A stretch of DNA of 64,000 nucleotides from Octopus sinensis (GCF_006345805.1 NC_043012.1:14136001-14200000); one strand, 5' to 3'. Shown: positions 40,591-53,635, counted from the stretch's first letter. Translations and numbers: made by a program. Notes: a model not told the origin generated them from the sequence alone.

Positions 40591-40971
40591 GTTCATATGC
40601 ACTCAACAGATTAGACTGTTAGAAAAGAAAAGAATCCTAACATCGGGCTACAATAAGTAGACGTAGAAGTCAATGTCAAGAACCCCCGCTCCCTATTGGG
40701 TTACAGCAAGTAACCTCAGATGTCAAGATCCCTCGTAAGTAGCCTAGCTGTCCCTAATATTTACTGCAGCTGTACTAAATTGGGTGTTATGCTTATTTCA
40801 GATCTTCCCAATTCACCTATTATAATTACTGGGATACATTTTAGACGCACTTTCAATAACTAGATCCTGGGTACTTTACTATTTTTTTCTCTCTCGTATT
40901 AATTTTTTCATCATTTGGGACTGTAAAGTCATTTATCTGGCGCTTTCCGTTCTTTTTATCTACTACTACTA

Positions 40972-41040
<69 letters not shown>

Positions 41041-41052
41041 AACTACTACTAT

Positions 41053-41090
<38 letters not shown>

Positions 41091-42827
41091 AATCAGGCCT
41101 TCTAGCTTCGATTACGCTATCATTCTGAATGTTAAAATCACACAGTATCTTGTATTTCTTACTTTCTAGTACTTTATTAGGTTCATGTTCATACCATTGA
41201 TCAGTATGTTCAAATCCTAGCTTTCTTAATAGCTCCCAGTGGATTGCACTCTCTAGATTATCATGTCTTTTCTTGTATTCTTTCGGTGCCTGCATGCTAC
41301 ATTCGCTTACTATATGAGTAACTCTTTCCTCTTTTGGTTTGCATTGGGAATCTACTTGGTTTTTGTCTATCGTGGCCTCCTTTATCCAATTAGTTCTTAG
41401 TGCTTGAACTTGTGCTGTACTAGCAAAATTTCTGTCTCCTTCTTCAGCTTTCCTTTCTGCAACCATAACCACGTCTCACTAATACTATTTGCTGAAACTA
41501 TCTTTGGGAATCTAACATGACAGTCAGATTATTTCAGCTCTACTTTCCAGTTTTTAACTTTGTTTAGGTTTCTGGTTTCCCTATTCTTGCTGTGAATATA
41601 ACAGTTTTTAATAAACTTTCTTTTACTATTACTTACATAGGATTCTATATCTATTCTAACGAACTCCACACAGTCTTCTACTGATATTAACCCACTTCTG
41701 CCTCCCTTTCTAGGTAGGTATTAACCTGCTACTCCTGCCCTTGGGTGCAGTTCTCTTTTCATCTTAAACTCCTTGCTAGTTCTCTCCAGCTTTGCTAATT
41801 CGGTTTTTGTTCAGTCTAAAAATGTTGCTGAGTATCTAAGTAATGATACTGCCAAAGTATTTACAGACTTCACTAGATTCGGACTATTTAGCTTTGATTT
41901 AGTTAGCTTCCTCACTCTTCCCCTCCTTCTCAATTTTCGTTTTCATTTTTGTAGTTAGTACTCAGTCAGTTTCTAATAGTCCTAGATATTTATAAATCTC
42001 TCCTCTTTTCAATGATTTTAATGTCTGGCCATCTGGTACTTGGATGCCTTTGCTGTCGACTGCCTGCCCCCTTCTCACGACTAACATTGCACACTTATCT
42101 ATGCAAATTTCCATGCCTATATTTCTGTTGAAAAGTGTTACAGTCTGAATTAAGGAATCTATCTCTTTTACATTCTTACTAAAAAGCTTCAGATCATCCA
42201 TGTAGAGCAAATGGTTAATTTTCCCCTTACTATTTCTAAATTGATACTCTGTCTTTGCCTTCTTTAATAATAAACTGAGGGGGGGTCAAACATAAGATAA
42301 ACATTAAAGGGGACAACGACTCCTCCTGGAAAATTTCTCTTTTAATATTAACTTTATCCATGACTGTGTCACATGAGTAAAGATCTACTTTGAATTTCTT
42401 CGTGCTAAAGCTAATTAATTCTCTTATGTTGTATGCTATACTCAATATACGCAAACACTCACTTATCCATGAGTGTGGGATCATGACATAGACTTTTCTA
42501 TAATCTATCCATGCTATTTTTAGATTTTTCTTTCTAGCTTTTACTTCATTTAGAACTGCTTTGTCTATATATAAGAGATCATGCGTTCCTGTAGCCTTCT
42601 TCCTGCAACCTTTCTGTTCTTCTGGTTGTAAATTCTGGTTGCCATGGTGCTCGTAATTGCTTTCAGAAAGCATTTCTGCTAACCGCTTCCACACCACTGG
42701 TAAGCAAGTGATTGGTCTATAGTTGCTAGTTGTATTACTCTTGATCTAATCTTTCACAGTTAACATTGTCTTCTTTGTAGTGATTATTAATGACCAGTAT
42801 TGTCCTCCCTCTCGCAATTACAACAAC
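40591..42827 (-). mobile_element. 5'-truncated R4/Dong-clade LINE (RT, CCHC, REL endonuclease, 3'UTR) with (TAA)n on both sides
   Basis: EEQKGCRK..TGTHDLLYIDK..AWIDYRK...IPHSWI; LYMDDLKLF; YKYLGLLE; HIVSECS...YKKRHD; DFNIQND..IEARRPDLVVV; LGTARLL. (ATT)n ends at 40590 and resumes at 42828. Confidence 0.95.
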
Positions 42828-42873
<46 letters not shown>

Positions 42874-42876
<3 letters not shown>

Positions 42877-43000
42877 TAGTTTTATTTTTATAGCGTGCTT
42901 TCACTTCACTACCGAGCGCAGCTCTGTGTGCCTTGGGTATGTGCTGTGATTTGTTGTGATGCTCTGATGGTTATTGTATGGAAAGTGTTCTGCGTAGGAA

Positions 43001-43001
<1 letters not shown>
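42874..43001 (-). mobile_element. 128-bp extreme 3' remnant of an R4-clade LINE inside (TAA)n
   Basis: The minus strand reads ..LRRTLSIQ* followed by a short UTR, with (TAA)n on both flanks. Confidence 0.7.
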
Positions 43002-43068
<67 letters not shown>

Positions 43069-43072
43069 TATT

Positions 43073-43120
<48 letters not shown>

Positions 43121-43142
43121 ATTATTATTATTATTATTATTA

Positions 43143-43200
<58 letters not shown>

Positions 43201-44739
43201 CATCATCATTGCCTTTATACATCTTCTAACGCTGGAGATATACCACGGTGTCAGCTGTTCAATACCAGTGGCTTGCTGAATACGAACGAATAAGCTTTGT
43301 TTAAGAAGCGAATATCGAGAAATAACTATTCGTGTGAAATTACAAAAAAATTGTTGCACAGAAGGAAGGTGTTAAATCTTTGTTCAAAGTTGTCTGCAAT
43401 GTCGTATGCCCTGGGGAAATAGATTATTTTTCTATTCGCTTTTAATCAATGGCACCCAGATAAGAATTGAAAAGACAGTACTGAGAACATTTTATTACTG
43501 TCGAGCATGTGGCAATATCCCACGGGGAAATCATGAACAAAAGCAAATGGATTTGTCACTTCGGTCACATGGTATAATGTTATTGTTATTATTATTTTTG
43601 TTGTTTTTATACTAAAAGAAATGGTAGGCAATCTAGCTTTAGATTTATAAAAGTCAGGATGGTTTCAGACAACAGCTGATCTGAGTTAATTATTAACTCT
43701 AAAGTAATACCTGCATAGCCTTATTTTCATTCTTTTGACATAGAACACGAACAGTACAAGAATTCTTCTTGTAAACATAGATTGCACAATCATTGGTACG
43801 CTGGTTACATTGATGGCATTGATAGATTGGTGGTCAGAGAGAATTGGATATCGGAATGGTATGCTGTTTCCACTTTTCTCAATTATAGTCATTAAATCAT
43901 TGTTAAAACTGTCTTAAAGATTTGATAGATTGTTAGAAAGGGTAATATATCAAATAAAGGCTTAATAGGGCACAGATATATTTTGTAAAAGAACGGCTGA
44001 ATCTCTACAAAGAGAAGGAAGGAGATAGGAACATGGAAACGAGAGTAGAGAGACAGAAAATGAGAGAAAGACTAGGAGAGGAAGGAGCAGGATGTAAAAA
44101 TGGAGGAGGAGGAGGGGGAGGGGGAGGAAGAAAAGGAGGAGGAGTAGGGGGAGAAAAGCATATCAACAACAACAACAACAACAACAACAAAAGTTTAGCG
44201 ATATTCTTTTACTTGTTTCAGTTATTTGTCTGCGGCCATGCTGGTGTCGAATTCTGCTCTGCATTACTTGAGGATAAAAAAAGGCATTTTAGCATCTCCG
44301 ATAAACTTGCTCGTTTGAAGCGATTTAAATATGGCGTGTAGTTTGTACGTGATCGAAAGCCTGACAAAGGAGACTGCAAACGTTTGTGAAGCGATTAATA
44401 CTGGGTTTAATTTACAATTCGATGCAACGCATACGGTGAATGTAACACATTTTTCTGGAGTATTACTGATAGAAACATGCTTGAAAAGCTGCCGATCGGG
44501 AGGCAGGAAATAGTACGGACTGACCTATAAAATATAGAAGTTTACAATTCCCATAATGTATTGATAAAGGTGACAATTTTCAAGGGGACAATTTTCAAGG
44601 GAGCAATTTTAAGAGAATAGATTTCTAAAATAGTTTTTGGGAAGATAGCTTCGAGGAGGTAGTTTAAGATTTTGATGGTGCAGGCACTTGCAAGGGGAGG
44701 ATAAAACGGTTATTCATACACTCAGTCGACTAAAATATT

Positions 44740-45380
44740 ATTTTCTACTCTAGGCACAAGGCACGAAATTTTGGGGGAGGTGACCAGTCGTGTAGATCGA
44801 CACCAGTACGCAACTGGTACTTAATTTATCGACTCCAAAAGGATGAAAGGCAAAGTCGACCTCGGCGGGATTTGAACTCGGAACATAAAGACAGACGAAA
44901 TACCTATTTCTTTACTACCCACAAGGGGCTAAACACAGAGAGGACAAACAAGGACAGACAAACAGATTAAGTCGATTACATCGACCCCAGTGCGTAACTG
45001 GTACTAATTTAATCGACCCCGAAAGGATGAAAGGCAAAGTCGACCTCGGTGGAATTTGAACTCAGAACGTAGCGGCAGACGAAATACCTATTTCTTTACT
45101 ACCCACAAGGGGCTAAACACAGAGAGGACAAACAAGGACAGACAAACGGATTAAGTCGATTACATCGACCCCAGTGCGTAACTGGTACTAATTTAATCGA
45201 CCCCGAAAGGATTACCATATTAGTGGGTAAAATGATAACATCGACCCTAGTGCTTAACCGGTGCTTATTTTACCGACCTCGAAAGAATGAATGGCAAAGT
45301 CGACATCGGCGGAATTTGAACTCAGAACGTAATGACGGAGGAAATGACGCTCTGCATTTTGCCGTACAGATATATTAATT
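44740..45380 (-). mobile_element. Head-to-tail concatemer of SINE family A (184-bp period)
   Basis: GACGAAATACCTATTTCTTTACTACCCACAAGGGGCT junctions at 44894 and 45078. Confidence 0.92.
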
Positions 45381-45790
45381 TATTGAAAGCGAATCTAGGG
45401 TTTGGGACCGAGGAGATTTTATAGCACGCCGAGAAAAATGCTTGAAGGCATTTTATCTGTTTTTAAGTTTTGAGTTTAAATTCCACCGATGACGAATTAA
45501 ACTTTTATCTCTGTGGGGTCGATAAAATAAGTACCAGTTGACTGCTTGCGCAGACATTTGTAACCAGTATATTGAAAGCGAACCCATGTATCCATATTTT
45601 AGGCTATAGTTTTGCGTAGGAACATTTAAAAGCAAAATCATCTGAATTCTTGTTATTCTTAAGAAAAAATTATTCGATTGTAACTGCTCTGAATGAATCA
45701 ATTTAAGATTTATTCAGCTACAGAGAATTCTGTGTGACTGTGTACGTTTTAGATATCAGTATGGCCTTGTCCCAAGATTTGAAATCAGTA

Positions 45791-46160
45791 TACTCTTTTA
45801 CTTGTTTCAGTCATTTGACTGTGGCCATGCTGGTGCACCGCCTTTACTCGAGCAAATCGACCCCAAGACTTATTCTTTGGAAGCCTAGTACTTATTCTAT
45901 CGGTCTCTTTTTTCTGAACGGCTAAGTTACGGGAACGTAAACACACCAGCATCGATTGTCAAGCGATTTTGGGGAGGACAAACACAGACACATAAACACA
46001 TGCACACACATACATACATATATATATATATATATACATATATACGACGGGCTTCTTTCAGTTTCCATCTACCAAATCCACTCACAAGACTTCGGTCGGC
46101 CCGAGGCTATAGTAGAAGACACTTGCCGAAGGTGCCACGCAGTGGGACTGAACCCGGAAC
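45791..46160 (-). mobile_element. SINE family B
   Basis: Reverse complement of the family B consensus. Confidence 0.9.
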
Positions 46161-46843
46161 CTCCTATGCCTATAATATATCCTTAATCAGGTCACTACTG
46201 AAATGCACCCCAAAATATATATATATTTTTTTTTTGCTTACTGAGGTTTGTTTTCGAGGCAAAATAAAAAAAAATGTTTCTCATGTCGGTACAAGGCTAG
46301 GAATTTTGCGAGGAGGGTGTACTTTATTCAATCAACCCCGGTTGGATATAAAGATATGCCAGGCTTATCGGGATTTGAATTCAGCAAATAGAAACACACC
46401 AAAACACGCAAGAAGAACGCCATCACACATAATAAAATAGTGTGGAGCATAAAACAGTGTTTTATTATTTATTTACTGCTCCAAAATAACATACTATCCT
46501 CTTAAATGGGTGGAGTCGAGCTGTATCCTTGAGATTAATCGTTTGTTTAATTTCAAATGTTGAATGATCTCATTCATTTGAGCAATGAAAAAGAACAAAA
46601 ACGAAAGTTTGGTGACGGCAACAAATAAAGATGTAGTGAAACAATTTTAGGAACTGAGCGAGAGAAAGGAAACAAATAGCTTAATTTTGCAGGAGAAAAT
46701 TGTGAATGTGTTGAAAACAAGAAAAAATTATTATAGTAAAAAAGTACCAACATAAATCATATGGCTGCAGAAATTCTTCATGTCATATTGTAGCTACAAA
46801 TATAAAACGGATCCAATTACACCATTTCTAAAAAGACAAAAGA

Positions 46844-46922
<79 letters not shown>

Positions 46923-46981
46923 GCAACAACAACAACAATAATATAATAATAGCAACAACAATAATAATAATAATAATAATG

Positions 46982-47017
<36 letters not shown>

Positions 47018-47038
47018 GCAACAACAATAATAATAATA

Positions 47039-47078
<40 letters not shown>

Positions 47079-47138
47079 GCAACAACAACAACAATAATAA
47101 TAATAATAGCAACAACAATAATAATAATAATAATAATG

Positions 47139-47174
<36 letters not shown>

Positions 47175-47627
47175 GCAACAACAATAATAATAATAATAAA
47201 TATACATACGTTCAGGCACATATGCTCATGTATATATGACTATATATGCAAATATTTATATATCTAAGTCTTATATATAAAAGTTTTCTATATATAAGGT
47301 TTTAAAGTTTAAAAATACACATATTCACACACAGACACACACACACACACACACACACATACACACACACACACACATACTCACACACACACATACACAC
47401 ACACACACACATATATATATAAATACATATATATTGAGAGAGAGAGAGAAAGAGAGAGAAATTTCGACATATATAAATTCATACAAGTATTCACACATAC
47501 GCCCTTAGACATTCTATTTTCACAAGCAATTACTGCAAAACAAACACTAAGAAATCCACTTTTCACATACTGACAGCAATGAAATAATCGCACATATTTC
47601 AACACCAAATCATGCAAATAACAATGA

Positions 47628-47659
<32 letters not shown>

Positions 47660-47724
47660 GTATGTGTGTGTCTACATACGTGCATCAGCAAAGAAACAAT
47701 AATATATATATATATATATTGTTT

Positions 47725-48089
47725 TACTCTTTTACTTTTTTCAGGTATTTGATTGTGGCCATGCTGGAGCACCGCATTTAGTCGAGCAAATCGACCCCAG
47801 GATTTATTCTTTGGAAGCCTAGTACTTATTCTATCGGTCTCTTTTTGCCGAACCACAAAGTTACGCGGATGTAAACTCACCAGCATCGGTTGTCAAGTGA
47901 TGTGGGGGGGGGGACAAACACATACATACACACACAGCTTCTTTCAGTTTCCGTCTACCAAATCCACTTACAAGGCTTTGGTTGGCCCGAGGCTATAGTA
48001 GATGACATTTGACCAAGGTGCCACGTAGTGGGACTGAACCCGGAACCATGTGGTTCGTAAGCGAGCTACTTACCACACAGCCACTCCTA

Positions 48090-48092
<3 letters not shown>
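47725..48092 (-). mobile_element. SINE family B
   Basis: Reverse complement of the family B consensus. Confidence 0.9.
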
Positions 48093-48165
<73 letters not shown>

Positions 48166-48356
48166 CAAAGGAAAATGCGCACATGAAAGAGACACAGAAC
48201 GCATGCGCATAGCAATAAGGACATGGATACAATCTCTGCATGCATACAACAGCCGCATACATATTCACATGAGAAAATTTCCCACAGTATGTTTCCCATT
48301 CCATCTCCTATGCATGAACCATTTTGCTCTTCCGTCTCACCTCAGTTTAATTAAAC

Positions 48357-48443
48357 AGGCAGTCTACCCTCATAGTAGGGTACTCAGCCGGCATCTGCGA
48401 GGAGCGGGTTCGAGTCCCGTTGCTCTCTGCTGACAACTTTTTT
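48357..48443 (+). pseudogene. tRNA-like Pol III sequence (tRNA pseudogene or SINE head)
   Basis: GGGTTCGAGTCCCG T-arm/B-box and a T6 run at 48438-48443. The anticodon arm is distorted. Confidence 0.5.
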
Positions 48444-48598
48444 CCGTCTTACAAGAGTAAAATACTCACTCTTTGTGCTGTTTTCACGGCTATACTGTTT
48501 TCGAAATACTCCTTTTTTATGTGTGCAATACGAAATACATTCAACGCTTCCCAAAACAAAAAAAAACAGTCGGTTTACAAATAATGTTGCATATAATG

Positions 48599-49505
48599 AT
48601 TCTTCTTTTCCACCATGGATCTTTTCTTTTGTCACGCCCACTATATTTCTTTTTCTTGACATCAACACCCACGTTTTCCGCTACAACAATACTTGCTGCT
48701 TTCATCAAATTGTTTGTTTCTGTGATGTTATTTGTTCTGATGTATTTAAGAATTTCATTGACATTTTTCGTTTCTTTGTTCAATTTCCATCAATCAACCT
48801 TTGCAAATAATGTCGCTAATGTTCTCCTGTACTCTTACCTTTTACTGTCGTAGATTGCCAATTGTTCATCTGTCATGTCACCATTAGTTTTATTGTCTTC
48901 TTTTAGATCATCTATGTCTCTCATCAAGTAAACTACACCTGCTCCATTCCAGTGCTTTGGGATTACTCTTATTTGTAAGAACTGTATTTTCATTGCCATC
49001 TCCGCTGCTATTTTCCATGACCCGTCTTTTGATAGCTTCGAAATCTACTTCTGTGAAACAACAATTTTTTTTCTTATTGCTCTAGTTTGATAACACAGTC
49101 TCTGTTCCGTGAGTTGAAACGATCCCTTTTCTCTCCAATGATCATACATACGTTGCCGGTAACCCCTAATTTGAGCACCAATTTCATCTACCGGGCTGCT
49201 CAGGTAGTAACACTCCATGACCACAGCATTAATTTGCTTGCCCCGTCTACACCGTGTGTGGTGATCCCTTTCTGGATATCGACAGGCTGGAGCAGGACCA
49301 GAATCTCTGAGCCTACCGAGTGTAACACTATCACCATCAATGGCTTCACTTTCATTACCACCGTTATTCACAATATTTTGTTTTTTCTTTATCACTCATA
49401 TGAGGTAGCGATCATCAGGTTGTGCAATTACCAGTGTTTTATTGTGACACCATCACTAGATGTATCATTAATCACTCCATGAGGCGGCTCCGCCCTTTCC
49501 CTTCC
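48599..49505 (-). mobile_element. R4/Dong-clade LINE 5' region, inverted homologue of 1-574
   Basis: ORFs 49049-49395 and 48541-48783 match the ORFs at 26-265 and 390-962. The 5' side abuts (ATT)n at ~49505. Confidence 0.85.
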
Positions 49506-49939
49506 ATTATAATTATTATTATTATCATTATCATTGATACCACTGATATTATTGTTTTCATGTGTTGTAGCAGCAATGGTGGCAGCAACAGCAACAGTAG
49601 TAGGGGTGGGGAGTGGTAGTAGTGGTAGTTGAGCCTAAGATTCCTTTGCTATCCGTATAGTAGTATTTGCAATATTAGCAGCTGCAGCATAATATTACTT
49701 TTTATCATTGTCACCATCACCACCACCACTATTGTTATTATCTTTGTTACTATTTCCATTTATTATGAAAAGTCTTTATTAATGTTCTTTATTTTCAACT
49801 TTTGTGTTGTACTTGAGATAACCATAAATATGTGGTTTTTGAAGGAAATAGTTGGGTAGCAGCTTGCTGAATAAATCAAAATCTACAGGTCTATATATGC
49901 AGATGGTGGGGAGGTCAGCCATAGAGACAAAAGAACCTT

Positions 49940-50178
49940 CATACCTATTTCTTTATTACCCACTAGGGGCCAAACACAGAGGGGACAAACAAGGACAGAC
50001 ATAGGTATTAAGTCGATTACATCGACCCCAGTGTGTAACTGGTACTTAATTTATCGACCCCGAAAGGATGAAAGGCAAAGTTGACCTCGGCGGAATTTGA
50101 ACTTACAACGTAACGCAGACGAAATACCGCTAAGCATTTCGCCCGGCGTGCTAACGTTTCTGCCAGCTTGCCGCCTTA
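49940..50178 (-). mobile_element. SINE family A monomer (tail 1)
   Basis: Complete reverse-complement match. Confidence 0.92.
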
Positions 50179-50291
50179 ATACCCTTTGGGTCAGCAGAGG
50201 TCAAATGTGTTTACTACTGCCAGTGATCACTGAGAGCGCTGCCTTCAAAAGAAGAAATTCAACCTGTTCTATTTGTAATTACTGGTAGAAA

Positions 50292-50366
<75 letters not shown>

Positions 50367-51254
50367 TAATATACACGTCATTGAATTTTTGAATTTCTGT
50401 TTTTAAGTATTCTTGAGACGCTCGTTTGCCTGTCCAGTTGGCGAATACAGTTGGACATTTGCAATGAAAAGGATTACATTTTCGAATATTCAGGGAGTGT
50501 CAAAAAGAAAAGTAAACGAGTTGTAGATAGTAAAGTTTTAAGATTTACTAAATATGTTCTTGCGTATGACCGCACAGAGAGAAATGGTAGCGTTATTTTT
50601 TGATGTTGGTAGATTATCTCCGGGAATTATTTTTTCTTGTGGTGTTTTCAAACTTATGACTTGTTCACTCTGTGTCAGTCCGAAAAATAAAAAAAATATT
50701 TTGTCTTGTTCTTTGTTTTTGCTTCGGTTGTGACACGTGTTCTCATATGCTTGTATGTGTATGCTGTAAATTTAATGTAGTTGTGTAAACATTGGGATGT
50801 ATGTTTGGTCCTATGGGTATTAGAATGTATATATGGTTGTGTAGACATTCGAGCGTGTGCGTAATTACTCAATTTATGTACTCACTGTTTTGGTCTATTT
50901 CTATTTTATAATTTGTAAACTTTCCGGTGTTGATTTACGTATGTGTTTTGCACATGTTTCACTGATACATCGTGCATAAGAGAAACTGTGCTTTGAATGC
51001 CAGTAGAATTTCGTTTTGTGATTATTTTCGTTAAAAGACCATTTCCTTCATGTCTTCTACGGGTTCCTTTATCCCATTCCACCAATGTTATTAGATCAGA
51101 TTTGTTTTTGGATGGAGAGCCCGGTGTAGCACATCCATGTTGTTATTCAGCGCAGAGATCGTTATTATTTTTATTATTATTATTATTGTTGTTGTTGTTG
51201 TTGTTGTTGCTGCTGTTGTTGTTGTTATTAGTGTTTATATTACTTTTGTAATTT

Positions 51255-51790
51255 TTTCTATTTAAGTAAAAAGTGCCAAGTATTTGTTAGCTAGTATAAA
51301 GATTGTTTTTACTAAGTTGTTTTTGATTTGTATAGCATATGGTAGTATTAGCCAGATAGTATCGTTTCCTGTGTTCGCATTATTAGGATTATTGTTCTTT
51401 GGTCTATTGTTATTATGTGGGCAATAATTTTTATTAGTAGTCGTAGTAATATTAACATTCTACCCATTATTAGTATTTCTATTTCTATCAATATTAATGA
51501 AGCTGACGACGAGTGCCTGATTGGAATTTCTTATGTTATTCATTTTATCCTTCTTATACCTGTGCGTGCTTCTAGAATTTATAAATTTGTTTTTCATTCC
51601 ATAATTATTTCTATCAGTGTTCGTATCGTAGGTATTCATTTTATTTTATTGTTAATAGGGAAGTATATAATTTCATCTTTATACCCTGCATTTTTAAGTG
51701 CTGCATTATACTTATCCTTGTGTTTATCAAATATCGCTACATTTGAGGAAAGATTTGAGATTCTGTTGCAATTGCTTGTTCTAGAGTCAT
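51255..51790 (-). mobile_element. Penelope-like element RT C-terminal/linker fragment
   Basis: Manual translation: NRISNLSSNVAIFDKHKDKYNAALKNAGYKDEIIY and IWLILPYAIQIKNNLVKTIFILANKY, resembling the Penelope RISNLSS..IF..Y..AL..SGY and IWFNPP...KTNIG..F..L.DKHF motifs. Not in the ORF track on this strand. Confidence 0.72.
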
Positions 51791-52234
51791 ATCATAATGA
51801 TGATCATATTCGTCGCAAAAATCATGTTTAAAACATCGCCGAAAACAATCGCAGCAATGAAAGCATAAGAATCCAAAATTTCACGATCGCAAGTCCTGAT
51901 TCGGCCATGAATGTTTTTAATTTACTCACAGAGTTGGCCTTTAGATTATGAAAATTGTTATCGTAGAAAAAACTTTGTCGCAAACACTTTAAAAAATTGT
52001 CGGAAACAATCACAGTAATGAAAACTTGGGAATCCAAAATTTCAGGATTGTGTGTCCGGATTCGGCCCGAAATATTTTTAATTTAATCACGGAGTCAGCC
52101 TCACTAAAAAGTGGTATGATATATTAGGCTACGGCCTCTAGGAGTAAAGTTGAAAAAGTGTGACGCACTTATATGTATATATATATATATTATATATATA
52201 TATGTGTGTGTGTGTGTGTTTGTGTGTGTGTGTG

Positions 52235-52277
<43 letters not shown>

Positions 52278-52317
52278 CATATATATATGTGTGTATATAT
52301 GTATATATATATATATA

Positions 52318-52368
<51 letters not shown>

Positions 52369-52667
52369 GTATATATATATATGTGTGTGTGTGTATTACA
52401 GAAAGCATAAAATAAAACAAAAAGGATAGTGTGCAGTAGTTGGTTCAGTATGTTGGCCACAGGAATTTCTGTCAAAGAGACAGACATGGTTGTACATCAT
52501 CTCCCTCTATCTCTCACATACCCACTCTTTCTCTCTCCCTAATTATTAGTCCCTCTGCCATCATCAATACTACTACATTTGATAACACATTATCAACCCT
52601 CCCTAAATGTCTTTGTCTCTCTTTCTCTCCCACTCTGTTTCTTTCTTTCTCTTTCTCTCTCTCTCTG

Positions 52668-52705
<38 letters not shown>

Positions 52706-52734
52706 TTGCGTGTCTTCGCCACCACCCTTAATTT

Positions 52735-52875
52735 TTGTAAACCTAGTACTTATTCTATCTGTCTTGTTTTGCCGAACAGCTATGTGACGAGGACGTAAAC
52801 ACATCAGCATCGGTTGTCAAGCGATGAACGGGGAAAAAGACAGACACAAACATCAAACACATACATACATATGTA

Positions 52876-52944
<69 letters not shown>

Positions 52945-53141
52945 CTCTATCTCTCTCTCTCTATATATATATATATACAAATATATACGACGGGCTTCTT
53001 TCAGTTTCCGTCTACCAAATCCACTCACAAGGCTTTGGTCGGTCCGAGACTAGAGTAGAAGTCACCTAAGTTGCCACGTAATGGGACTGAACCCAGAACC
53101 ATGTGGTTGGGAAGCAAGCTTCTTACCACAAAGCCACTCCT
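52735..53141 (-). mobile_element. SINE family B with internal (TCTA)n
   Basis: Family B body and head on the minus strand. Confidence 0.88.
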
Positions 53142-53373
53142 GGTTGGTGCATAATTATTGCGACTATTTTTCAACAAATTTTATTCAACCGAAACAATAA
53201 CAATATTTAACAAAAACATCTTTAAATGATGGCCTGACCGTCTGCCAAGCAAATGGGAAGCAGTAATTGATGCAGATGGTGAATACGCTCCGGAATAATC
53301 ATTTAAAGATGTTTTTCTTACATATTGTTATTGTTTTTGTTGAAAAAAACCCGCAATAATTATGCACCAATCC
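53142..53373 (+). mobile_element. mariner-derived MITE
   Basis: TIRs TTGGTGCATAATTATTGCG / CGCAATAATTATGCACCAA. The core encodes GL.RLPSKWEAVIDADGEYAPE*, resembling a mariner transposase C-terminus. Confidence 0.88.
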
Positions 53374-53411
53374 AAAGCGCACACACACACACACCACACA
53401 CACACACACAC

Positions 53412-53455
<44 letters not shown>

Positions 53456-53479
53456 AATATATATATATATACATTAGTT

Positions 53480-53565
53480 CTGATATACCCTCCAGCCTTC
53501 ATCAGGCATCTTGCTGAAATTTCGAACCTGGGATCTCATTCCTAAGGTATTTTTCGATGTTGTTG

Positions 53566-53635
<70 letters not shown>

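Noticed and set aside
43690-43900. QCNQRTNDCAIYV resembling a Ulp1 protease motif
   Set aside because: Surrounded by stops, with no His/Asp motifs; likely chance.
44894-45212. Regularly spaced repeats resembling a CRISPR array
   Set aside because: The units are whole 184-bp SINE copies with no unique spacers, in a eukaryotic context with no cas genes.
51415-51831. 138-aa hydrophobic plus-strand ORF
   Set aside because: It is the antisense frame of the Penelope fragment.
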